Positions 1-8,088 of a stretch of 64,000 nt of DNA are shown here, piece by piece. The DNA lies in the NCBI GenBank assembly GCA_965223415.1, contig OZ245002.1:1504001-1568000 (forward strand), read 5' to 3'. The notes below the pieces were generated by a model, which was not told the origin of the DNA, ran no database searches, and saw nothing but the letters and a program-made list of their open reading frames with translations. How positions within the stretch are numbered: position 1 is the stretch's first letter; each line of letters begins with the position of its first letter. This stretch comes from Myxococcota bacterium. GTDB lineage: Bacteria; Myxococcota_A; UBA9160; UBA6930. The position numbers were made by a program, and so were the translations under genes.

Positions 1-347
1 CGCGCCGTCTCGGGGCAACGGGCGCAGCTCGCGTCGAACCGGTGGCCGTAGCCCCAGAGAAAGAAGGTGCGCCAGAGGCGATCGCCCCGGGCGAGCCGTG
101 CGTGGTCCGGCGAGATCTCCTGGATCGCCGGCAGCAGGTCGCCGCGCGCGAGCAGCGCGTCGGCTTCGCCGCGAACGGTCTCCCAGTGCTTCTCCAGCTC
201 GCTCGTGAACGGAAAGGTCCGTGGGTCGAAGAGCGGCGGGTCGCCCACGGCCGACCACCGACCGATCCATCGGTTCGTCACGGAGCGCAGGTCCTTGCCC
301 ATGCGCAGGATCAGCCGGCGACGTCGTGCACGGTCCCATCCCGACAT
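1..347 (-). CDS. Aspartyl/asparaginyl beta-hydroxylase family (LpxO-like) Fe/2OG dioxygenase, N-terminal part; runs off the window edge
   Basis: Not in the ORF track. Manual translation gives MSGWDRARRRRLILRMGKDL...FPFTSELEKHWETVRGEA...IQEISPDH...WRTFFLWGYGHRFDASCARCPETA, matching the family pattern LE.HW..IR.E / W..F.L..YG / CP.T. Confidence 0.8.
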   Translation of the reverse strand, partial: MSGWDRARRRRLILRMGKDLRSVTNRWIGRWSAVGDPPLFDPRTFPFTSELEKHWETVRGEADALLARGDLLPAIQEISPDHARLARGDRLWRTFFLWGYGHRFDASCARCPETA

Positions 348-400
348 GGTGCTAGGTTGGGTCCGATCCGTACTCGGTGCAACCTCCACCTGCAGCCGGT

Positions 401-429
401 TTGAATCCCCAGGTGGCCCTGGGTATAAC
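401..429 (+). promoter_or_regulatory. Possible sigma70-type promoter for the cyclase gene
   Basis: TTGAAT-17nt-TATAAC, 38 nt upstream of the ATG at 468. Confidence 0.35.
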
Positions 430-467
430 TCGGGGTTCCCGATCCCTCGCGGAGGTGCCCTCGGGCC

Positions 468-3400
468 ATGCTGTGCGCGTCGTGCCGTCACGACAACCCG
501 GCCGGCAACCGGTTCTGTGGACGTTGCGGCAGCCAGATCCAGCCTTCGGACGCGGGGGACGGAGAACGCCGCCAGCTCACCATCATGTTCTGCGATCTGG
601 TGGGCTCGACGCCACTCTCGCGCCGGATCGATCCCGAGGACTTCTCCGCGGTGGTCGGCGGCTTCCACGAGGTCTGCGGTCGCGTGATCCACGCATCGGA
701 AGGCCACGTGGCCCAGCTCCTCGGCGACGGCGTCGTCGCCTACTTCGGCTACCCCCGCGCCCACGACGATGACGCCGTCCGGGCCACCGCCGCCGCCCTG
801 CGAATCACGGAGGAGCTGCCCCGGCTGAATGCGAGGCTGGCCGCCGAGCTGCCCGTGCTTCGGGACGAGCCGCTCGAGATGCGCATCGGGATCCATTCGG
901 GGCCGGTCGTGCTCAGCGACACCGGGGGTGGCGGCCATCGCCAGCGCCTGGCGCTCGGCGACACCGCGAACCTCACGGCGCGGCTCCAATCCCGGGCGAG
1001 CCCCGGCACGGTCGTCATCAGCGAGGCCACCCGCCGCCTCCTCGGCCCCCTCTTCGAGACCGAAGACCTCGGCGCCGCCGAGCTCAAGGGCGTCTCCGAG
1101 CCGCAGCACCTCCATCGGGTGATCGCGGCCCGCGGCACCGCCACCCGGCTGGAGCTGGCCGCCGCCGAGGGGCTGACGCCGATCGCGGGTCGGGAGCAGG
1201 AGCTGTCGCTCCTGCTCGACCGCTGGGAGCTGGTCCAGGCGCCGGACGAAACGGTCGGAGGGCGGGGCCAGTCGGCCCTGTTGGTGGGCGAGGCGGGCAT
1301 CGGGAAATCGCGCCTGCTCTTCGAGCTGCGAGCCCGCCTCGGCGAGAAGGTGCCGGTGTGGCTCGAGGGCCGCTGCTCCCCGTACGACCAGAACAGCGCC
1401 TTCCAGCCCATCCTCCGGATCCTGGAGAGCGTGCTGCGCTTCGAGCCGGACGAGCCGCCCGAGGCGCGGCTCGCGAGGCTCGAGGAGGCAGTGGCGCAGG
1501 CGCCCCTGCGCGGGCAGCCGGCCGACGACGCCCTGGCGTTGCTGGCCTCGCGCCTCGCGCTCCCCCTGGAGGAGGGCCGGACGATCCCGCTGGCACCGGA
1601 GGCCCAGCGACAGCGAACGCTGGAGGTGCTGCTCGACTGGATGCTCGGTCTGGCGGACCGGGCGCCGCTCGTAGTCGTCGTGGAAGACGTTCACTGGGCC
1701 GATCCTTCCACGATCGAGCTGCTGACGGGCCTGCTCGACGCCGCGCCCAACGAGCGGGTGCTGCTCCTTCTGACCGCCCGGCCCGACTTCTCCTCGCCGT
1801 GGGGCGGACGCTCCGACCTCACGCGCCTTCCCCTCCATCCGCTGAACCGGCGACAGGTGGGCGAAATGGTCGTCAGCATCGCCCGGGGCGAGGTGCCTGC
1901 CGAGGTGCTCCAGCACGTCGCCGCCAAGACCGACGGCGTGCCGCTCTTCGTGGAGGAGCTGACCAAGGCCCTCATCGAGTCGGACCTCCTCATCCGCGTG
2001 CCCGGCAAGGCCGGCTACGAGCTGCGGGGGCGTCTGCGCGATCTGGCCATCCCCGGAACGCTTCAGGATTCGCTGATGGCGCGGCTCGATCGGCTCGGCC
2101 CGGGGCGCCGCGTCGCCCAGGTGGCTTCCGTGATCGGCCGCGAGTTCTCCCAGGAGCTGCTCGGGGCGGTCATGCCGCGGACCAGCGTCGGGGACCTCCA
2201 GGGCGCACTCGAGCAGCTCACCCGTGCGGGCCTCGTCCGCCGAAGGGGGGCGCCACCGCGGGCGGTCTACACCTTTCGCCACGCGATGACCCAGGAGACC
2301 GCACACCAGTCCCTGCTCCGCGCGCGCCGCCGGGAGATCCACCGGCGCGTGGCACGAGCGCTCGAGGAGCGCTTCCAGGAGCGGGTGGAAGCGCAGCCCG
2401 AGGAGCTCGCGCGTCACTGGCGAGAGGCGGGCGACGCGGAGCGCGCCGCCGGCCAGTACCTGCGAGCCGGCGATCGCGCGACGGCCCGGGGCGAGAACGC
2501 GGAGGCGATCGGCCACCTTCGGCAGGGAATCGAGCTGCTCGACGAGCTGGAGACGGGGCCGGTGCGGGACGAGCTCGAGCTGGAGCTCCAGGTGGCGCTG
2601 GGCGGGCCCCTGCTCGGCGCGAAGGGCCAGAGCCATCCCGAGGTGGAGGCCGCCTACGGCCGCGCCCTCGAGCTGTGCGATCAGGTGGGGGGCAGCCACC
2701 GCCCGCCGAGGTTCCGCGCGCTCTGGGGTCTGGCGCGCTTCTACCAGAGCCAGGGCCGCCTGGACGTCGCGACGGAGCTGGGCGAGCAGCTCCTCGTGCG
2801 GGCCGAGCAGGCCGGCGATCTCCTGGTGCTGCCCTGGGCGCACCTCGGGCTCGGGCTGACCTCGTTCTGGCAGGGCGCTCCGGCTCGGGCCGCCGCCCAG
2901 CTCGAGCGCGCCATCTCGCACCACGACGCCTCGGTGCACCGCCCCACGGCTGCCTCCTACGGACAGGACCTGGACGTGACGACCCACGCCTTCCTGGGCC
3001 TGGCGTGGTGGGTGGCCGGGCACCCCGATCGCGCGCGGGCCGCGGCCGAGCGCGCGGTGGCCCTCGGCCCCGAGGGCGCGATCCCCCTCAGCCATGCCTA
3101 CGCCCTGGACTACGCCTCGGCGGTGTTCGGCCTGCTGGGCGATACCGATCGCCATCGGGCCTATGGCGAGGAGGCCGTGGCGATCGCCAGCGAGCGCGGG
3201 CTCCCGCTCTGGCTGGCCTTCGGTCGGGTGATGGTCGCGTGGGCCGAGAGCGTCGCCAGGCCCGGCCGAGCCGCGGTCGACGGGTTCCGCGGCGCGCTGG
3301 GCGGAATGTCCGGGACCGGCACCGTGCTCGGCGCGCCCTTCCTCCTGGGCATGTTCGCCCAGGCCCAGGCCGCGGCAGGCGATCCCGGCGCCGCCATGGC

Positions 3401-3770
3401 GACGCTGGAGGCGGCGCTCGACGCCGGCCGTCGCCAGCAGAGCCCGTTCTGGGACGCCGAGCTGCTGCGCCTCCAGGGCAAGTTCCGTGTGGCCCGTGCG
3501 GAGATGCTAGGCGAGGCCGCCGGGGAAGAAGCCGAGCGCTGCTTTCACGACGCCCTCGACATCGCCCGCAAGCAGGCCGCCGGAGGGCTCGAGCTGCGCG
3601 CCGCCACGAGCCTGGCGCGCCGGCTCGCGGCCGACGGGCGCCGCGCGGAGGCGAAGGCGCTCCTCGATCCGCTCTGCCCTCGGCCCGAACCCGGCCGCCC
3701 CGCCCCGTCGCAGGACCTGCAGGAGGCCCAGGCGTTGTTGGAGCAGCTCGGCGATGAGGCGGGCGGCTAG
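468..3770 (+). CDS. Class III adenylate/guanylate cyclase with N-terminal double zinc ribbon, AAA/STAND-type ATPase and TPR-like C-terminus
   Basis: CASC..FCGRCG; FCDLVGST, GDG, GDTANLTARLQ; Walker A GEAGIGKS; VVEDVHWAD; GVPLFVEEL; helical C-terminus. Confidence 0.9.
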   Translation: MLCASCRHDNPAGNRFCGRCGSQIQPSDAGDGERRQLTIMFCDLVGSTPLSRRIDPEDFSAVVGGFHEVCGRVIHASEGHVAQLLGDGVVAYFGYPRAHDDDAVRATAAALRITEELPRLNARLAAELPVLRDEPLEMRIGIHSGPVVLSDTGGGGHRQRLALGDTANLTARLQSRASPGTVVISEATRRLLGPLFETEDLGAAELKGVSEPQHLHRVIAARGTATRLELAAAEGLTPIAGREQELSLLLDRWELVQAPDETVGGRGQSALLVGEAGIGKSRLLFELRARLGEKVPVWLEGRCSPYDQNSAFQPILRILESVLRFEPDEPPEARLARLEEAVAQAPLRGQPADDALALLASRLALPLEEGRTIPLAPEAQRQRTLEVLLDWMLGLADRAPLVVVVEDVHWADPSTIELLTGLLDAAPNERVLLLLTARPDFSSPWGGRSDLTRLPLHPLNRRQVGEMVVSIARGEVPAEVLQHVAAKTDGVPLFVEELTKALIESDLLIRVPGKAGYELRGRLRDLAIPGTLQDSLMARLDRLGPGRRVAQVASVIGREFSQELLGAVMPRTSVGDLQGALEQLTRAGLVRRRGAPPRAVYTFRHAMTQETAHQSLLRARRREIHRRVARALEERFQERVEAQPEELARHWREAGDAERAAGQYLRAGDRATARGENAEAIGHLRQGIELLDELETGPVRDELELELQVALGGPLLGAKGQSHPEVEAAYGRALELCDQVGGSHRPPRFRALWGLARFYQSQGRLDVATELGEQLLVRAEQAGDLLVLPWAHLGLGLTSFWQGAPARAAAQLERAISHHDASVHRPTAASYGQDLDVTTHAFLGLAWWVAGHPDRARAAAERAVALGPEGAIPLSHAYALDYASAVFGLLGDTDRHRAYGEEAVAIASERGLPLWLAFGRVMVAWAESVARPGRAAVDGFRGALGGMSGTGTVLGAPFLLGMFAQAQAAAGDPGAAMATLEAALDAGRRQQSPFWDAELLRLQGKFRVARAEMLGEAAGEEAERCFHDALDIARKQAAGGLELRAATSLARRLAADGRRAEAKALLDPLCPRPEPGRPAPSQDLQEAQALLEQLGDEAGG

Positions 3771-4723
3771 GCGCTGGGGGCGCCTTCGCCCGGGCGCGTT
3801 CCGTCGAGAGCGCCGGCGCCGGACGGCGGGCCGGGCGGACGACAACCTCCGCGGCCGTCGGAGATCTCCTCGCAGAGCATCGTCGCGAGCTGCGCCAGGG
3901 CCGGCGGGAGCATGTGCTGATCCTGCTTCGGGTGGTCGTCGACCGCCGCGTGGACGTTCAGGGTCCAATAGGCGTCAGCCCGGTCTCCCAGGGCGCGGCG
4001 ACTGCCCCATTTCAGGAAGGCGAGCAGGAGCGGCGCGCCGTGGTCGGCGCTGAGCTTCGTCATGCCATCGACTTCGCGGGCGAACACGGCCGCCCGCTCC
4101 GCCGAGTGCCGACGCCGGAGGCGCTCCTCCTTGCCCGTCGTGAAGTGGCCCAGAAGCCGCAGGCGGGCGAGCAGGTGGGAGCCCGCGACCACCGGAGAGA
4201 TCCGGACCGGGTCGTCGAAGTCGTTCTTGTGGACCAGGTAGACGACGAGGTCCGGTGCCAGCTCGGGCAGGGTGCGGCGCATGTGGTTCGCGATGTCGAC
4301 GACGTTGTAGCCGGGCACGCCGAGGTTGATCACCTCGACCGCCGGATCGAGGCGTTCCATCTGGTGCTGGAAGGTGTCCGCCAGGTCGACGGACCAGCCG
4401 AAGGTCTCGCTGTCGCCGTAGGTGGCCACCCGAAAGCGGTCGCCACGCGCACCGACCGGGCGCGTCCCCCGGAATCCCTGCTCGTTCACCTGCCAGGTCA
4501 CCGGCCGAGTGAGGCGGGAGTAGAGGCCGGCGAAGCGCACGGTCGCGCCGGGGCGAAGGCGGTAGCCCGTCACCGGATCGGTCAGCAGGAGATCGCGCAA
4601 CGCATCGAAGTCCGGGGGAACGTGGCGCACGACGGCCTCGGCCACGCCGAGGGCCAGGACCAGGGAGATCAGCATCGTGGCGAGCCGGCCCGCCCAGCGG
4701 CGCCATCCGGAGGGAACGGTCAT
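3767..4723 (-). CDS. Membrane-anchored SGNH/GDSL hydrolase family protein
   Basis: N-terminal TM helix; GDSETFG, INLGVPGY, ND, DQH motifs. Confidence 0.8.
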   Translation of the reverse strand: MTVPSGWRRWAGRLATMLISLVLALGVAEAVVRHVPPDFDALRDLLLTDPVTGYRLRPGATVRFAGLYSRLTRPVTWQVNEQGFRGTRPVGARGDRFRVATYGDSETFGWSVDLADTFQHQMERLDPAVEVINLGVPGYNVVDIANHMRRTLPELAPDLVVYLVHKNDFDDPVRISPVVAGSHLLARLRLLGHFTTGKEERLRRRHSAERAAVFAREVDGMTKLSADHGAPLLLAFLKWGSRRALGDRADAYWTLNVHAAVDDHPKQDQHMLPPALAQLATMLCEEISDGRGGCRPPGPPSGAGALDGTRPGEGAPSA

Positions 4724-4819
4724 CCAGGGCCTTATACCTCACGTTTCCCGGATCGCCCGATCCGTTTGCGGGTGGTGGGCGGACCGCCATCCGAGCCAAC
4801 ATACACCCGGAGGAACCGC

Positions 4820-6034
4820 ATGCTTGCCAGACGTCGCCGTCGTGGAGGGGCGCTCGTCGTCGCTCTCCTGCTGGTCCTCGCCTGCGGGCGGTCCGATCCC
4901 GCGCCGGCTCCGGGGAAGGGCGAGGTCGGTCTCACGCCGAAGCCGACGCCGGGCCCGACCCCGGGCGCCTGCGAGTCCGTCGTCCGCTGCGAGGGGCTGC
5001 TCTGCGACGACCGGAACTACCGACGGCTGGTCGAGCTGCTGGAGCGCGCCTTCTCGGCCGCGGGACAGGCGGACGTCCTGATCCTCTCCGGAGGCGGCTC
5101 GAAGGGCGCCTGGGGTGCCGGGGTGCTCAACGGATGGTCGACCCTCACGAGCGGTATGACCCGGCCCACCTTCGAAGTCGTGACCGGCGTGAGCACGGGG
5201 GCGGTACAGGCCACCTTCGCCTTCCTGGGCAAGAGCAAGGACCAGGACCTCGAGATCGGCTACACGACCACGACCAACAGCGACGTGTACGGCCCTCCCT
5301 ACCCCCTGCCGGTCTTCCCGCGCAACCTCGAGGGTCTGCGCCAGACCCTCAAGTCTTACATCCCGGACAGCATGATCGACGAGGTCGGCCAGGTGGCATC
5401 CTCGACCCAGCGGAAGCTCTTCGTCGGCACGGTCAACCTGGAATCCGCGGAGTTCGTCTCCTGGGACATGACCTGCCTCGCCAAGGCGAAGCAATACGAT
5501 CTCTACCGGAACGTGATCCTGGCTTCGTCGGCGAACCCGGCGGGGTTGTGGCCCATCGACGTGATGGGCCAGATGCACGTCGACGGCGGGGTCCGCTACC
5601 GGATCTACGTGGAGACGGTGATGCAGGCCTCCGGTGAGGCCGCGGACATGGTCCCGGCGGCCGCAGGGAAGAAGCGACTCTTCTACATCATCAACGGCAA
5701 GCTGAAGCAGAAGGGGCCGGCGAAGGTGTCGAGCTGGAATCCGCTCAGCATCGTCGAGCGCAGCCTCGACATCGCCTTGCGCGAGTCGATCTTCGGCAGC
5801 CTCTACGCGTCGTGGCACCTGCTGAACAGCGGCTCGGACAAGTGGAAGTTCTACGGCTCCGCGATCCCGAACGACCAATCCGACGTCCCGGACGCCGACG
5901 ACTACGACACGGTGAAGATGACCAAACTTCTCGAAGCGGGTGAAAACTGGGCCAAGACCCAACCCTGGGCCGAGGGAATCCCGAAGTTGACTCCAATGCA
6001 ATGGGGCTGCGACCTGACGGAGGCCAAGCCATGA
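4820..6034 (+). CDS. Patatin-like phospholipase, predicted lipoprotein
   Basis: GGAGG RBS before ATG 4820; lipobox LVLAC; SGGGSKGAWGAG, GVSTG, DGG. Confidence 0.85.
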   Translation: MLARRRRRGGALVVALLLVLACGRSDPAPAPGKGEVGLTPKPTPGPTPGACESVVRCEGLLCDDRNYRRLVELLERAFSAAGQADVLILSGGGSKGAWGAGVLNGWSTLTSGMTRPTFEVVTGVSTGAVQATFAFLGKSKDQDLEIGYTTTTNSDVYGPPYPLPVFPRNLEGLRQTLKSYIPDSMIDEVGQVASSTQRKLFVGTVNLESAEFVSWDMTCLAKAKQYDLYRNVILASSANPAGLWPIDVMGQMHVDGGVRYRIYVETVMQASGEAADMVPAAAGKKRLFYIINGKLKQKGPAKVSSWNPLSIVERSLDIALRESIFGSLYASWHLLNSGSDKWKFYGSAIPNDQSDVPDADDYDTVKMTKLLEAGENWAKTQPWAEGIPKLTPMQWGCDLTEAKP

Positions 6035-7179
6035 CACGCTTTCTGACCCTGCTCGTCCTGGGGCTCGCCGTGGCGGCGCCCGCCGCGGCCCATCCCTGCC
6101 AACACGAATTCCGATGCCTGGGGCCCTCGTGCCGGGACGACGAGTACAAGGCGCTCGTCCGCCTGCTGATGAACAACTTCGTCTCGCAGGGCACCGCGAA
6201 CCTGCTCTTCCTCTCCGGCGGCGGCGCCAAGGGGGCCTGGGGAGCCGGCGTGCTGGACGGGTGGCGGGATCCCGCGCAGGGCGCCGCGATGCCGACCTTC
6301 GACGTCGTGACCGGCGTCAGCACCGGGGCCGTCCAATCGACCTATGCGTTCCTCGGGACCGACGAAGCCTACGAGCTGATGAAGGAGGGCTACACGACCA
6401 TCGAACGCGGCGACGTGTTCGGCTTTCCCTATCCCCTGCCCTGGATCCCGCACAACCTGAACGGGCTTCGCAAGACCCTCGAGAAGAAGTTCCTGAAGGA
6501 CGAGCTGATCCGTCAGGTGGGAGATCTCGACGGGGAGCGGGCGCTCTTCGTCGGGACCGTGAACCTCGATACGACGCAGTTCGTCTCGTGGAACATGACC
6601 TGCATCGCCGCGGCGGGGGACTTCGACCTCTACCGCAAGGTGATCCTCGCCTCCTCGGCGAACCCGATCGGCCTCAAGCCGATCAAGATCGGCGGAGATC
6701 CCCACGTGGATGGCGGCGTGCGCTACCGCATCTACGCCGAGACGGTCTACCAGGCCGCCGGCGAGGCGGCGGAACGTGCCAGCCGCGAGACGCAGGTCGA
6801 CAAGCGCGTCGTCTACGTCGTGAACGGCAAGCTCCGGCAGAAGGGAGCGAAGGAGACCTCCACCTGGTTCCATCCTATCGTCTGGAAGCGCAGCCTCGAC
6901 ATCAGCTTCCGGGAGGGCCTGTTCGGGAGTCTGTACGCGATCTTCCGGGTGCTCCATGCCACCGGCGAGGAGTGGACCTACCAGGGCACGTCGGTTCCGG
7001 ACGATCTGAAGCACCCGGACGATCAGGACGTCGAGCTCGACGTGCCGAAGGCCGACGAGTACGAGCCCGACAAGATGGAGCCCCTCTACCGTGCCGGCGT
7101 CCTCTGGGGCCAGCAGAACGATCTCTGGCACGACTCGATCCCCGACGTCGACGTCGACCGATGGGCGTGTGAGGAATGA
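6031..7179 (+). CDS. Patatin-like phospholipase, secreted tandem paralog
   Basis: ATGA overlap with the previous gene; signal peptide ending APAAA; SGGGAKGAWGAG, GVSTG, DGG. Confidence 0.85.
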   Translation: MTRFLTLLVLGLAVAAPAAAHPCQHEFRCLGPSCRDDEYKALVRLLMNNFVSQGTANLLFLSGGGAKGAWGAGVLDGWRDPAQGAAMPTFDVVTGVSTGAVQSTYAFLGTDEAYELMKEGYTTIERGDVFGFPYPLPWIPHNLNGLRKTLEKKFLKDELIRQVGDLDGERALFVGTVNLDTTQFVSWNMTCIAAAGDFDLYRKVILASSANPIGLKPIKIGGDPHVDGGVRYRIYAETVYQAAGEAAERASRETQVDKRVVYVVNGKLRQKGAKETSTWFHPIVWKRSLDISFREGLFGSLYAIFRVLHATGEEWTYQGTSVPDDLKHPDDQDVELDVPKADEYEPDKMEPLYRAGVLWGQQNDLWHDSIPDVDVDRWACEE

Positions 7180-7220
7180 AGAAGCGGGGCCAGAGCTCAG
7201 CTCTGGCCCCGCTTCTTCAT
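7176..7220. repeat. Perfect palindrome (family A), 22-bp arms with 1-nt centre
   Basis: ATGAAGAAGCGGGGCCAGAGCT-C-AGCTCTGGCCCCGCTTCTTCAT; homologous to 22713-22790. Confidence 0.9.
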
Positions 7221-8039
7221 CTGGACGGCTTGCTGGACGTCGCCCGCGGCCGCAGCGAGGAGCTTCCGGGCGGTGGCTTCGTCGACCTCGGCGAGGGTCG
7301 CGACGATGCGGACCGCGCGCTGCTGGAGCTTGCGCGAGGCCGGGTTCAGGTTCGTCATCAGGTTGCCCTCGACGCGGCCGAGCCGGACCATGACCGTGGT
7401 CGAGAGCAGGTGCAGCACCATCTTCTGGGCGAGGCCACCCTTCATGCGGGTGGAGCCGGCGATCACTTCCGGACCGACCACGGGAGCGATCGCCACCTCC
7501 GCGGCCTGGGCCAGGGGCGAGCCTGGATCGCAGGTGATGGCGATGCGCCGGGCCCCGGCAGCTCTCGCGGCCTCGAGCCCGCCCAGGGCGAAGGGCGTGC
7601 GACCGCTCGCCGAGAGCGCGACCACCGCGTCGCCGGGCATGAGCCCGCGCTCGGCGAGCGTGCGTCGCGCGTCGTCGGCCACGTCCTCCGCGCCTTCGAC
7701 CGCGCGCTCGAGGGCCGAGGCCCCCCCCGCCATCACTCCCTGCACCCGGTCGGCCGGGTAGCCGAAGGTGGGCGGGATCTCCGACGCGTCGAGGACGCCG
7801 ATCCGCCCGCTGGTTCCGGCGCCGACGTTGAACCAACGCCCGCCACCCGTGAGGGAAAGCGCGAGGGCGTCGACCGCCCGCTCGATCTCGTCCAGCACCC
7901 GGCCCACCGCGCGAACCGCATGCAGGTCCTGGCGATGGATCGCCTCCAGCACCTCCCGGGTGCTTCGCCGGTCGAGGTCGCGGGTCTCCTCGAGGACCTT
8001 CTCGGTGAGGAGCTCGTCCGAAGGCGAAGGGCGGGCCAT
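7197..8039 (-). CDS. murQ: N-acetylmuramic acid 6-phosphate etherase
   Basis: GAGTSGRIGVLDASEIPPTFG, AVEGAED, GPEVIAGSTRMKGG, GNLM..KL motifs; start set at MARPSPSDELLTE. Confidence 0.93.
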   Translation of the reverse strand: MARPSPSDELLTEKVLEETRDLDRRSTREVLEAIHRQDLHAVRAVGRVLDEIERAVDALALSLTGGGRWFNVGAGTSGRIGVLDASEIPPTFGYPADRVQGVMAGGASALERAVEGAEDVADDARRTLAERGLMPGDAVVALSASGRTPFALGGLEAARAAGARRIAITCDPGSPLAQAAEVAIAPVVGPEVIAGSTRMKGGLAQKMVLHLLSTTVMVRLGRVEGNLMTNLNPASRKLQQRAVRIVATLAEVDEATARKLLAAAAGDVQQAVQMKKRGQS

Positions 8040-8088
8040 GGTGGGGCGTTTCGGCAGGACCACCGGGCGGACTGAGTAGACTCCCACC

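Noticed and set aside
468..7179. Cyclase plus patatins as a CBASS/Pycsar-like or Avs defence system
   Set aside because: The cyclase-ATPase-TPR architecture is a common signalling family. The patatins are exported and separated from it by an opposite-strand gene. There is no CD-NTase or cognate effector.
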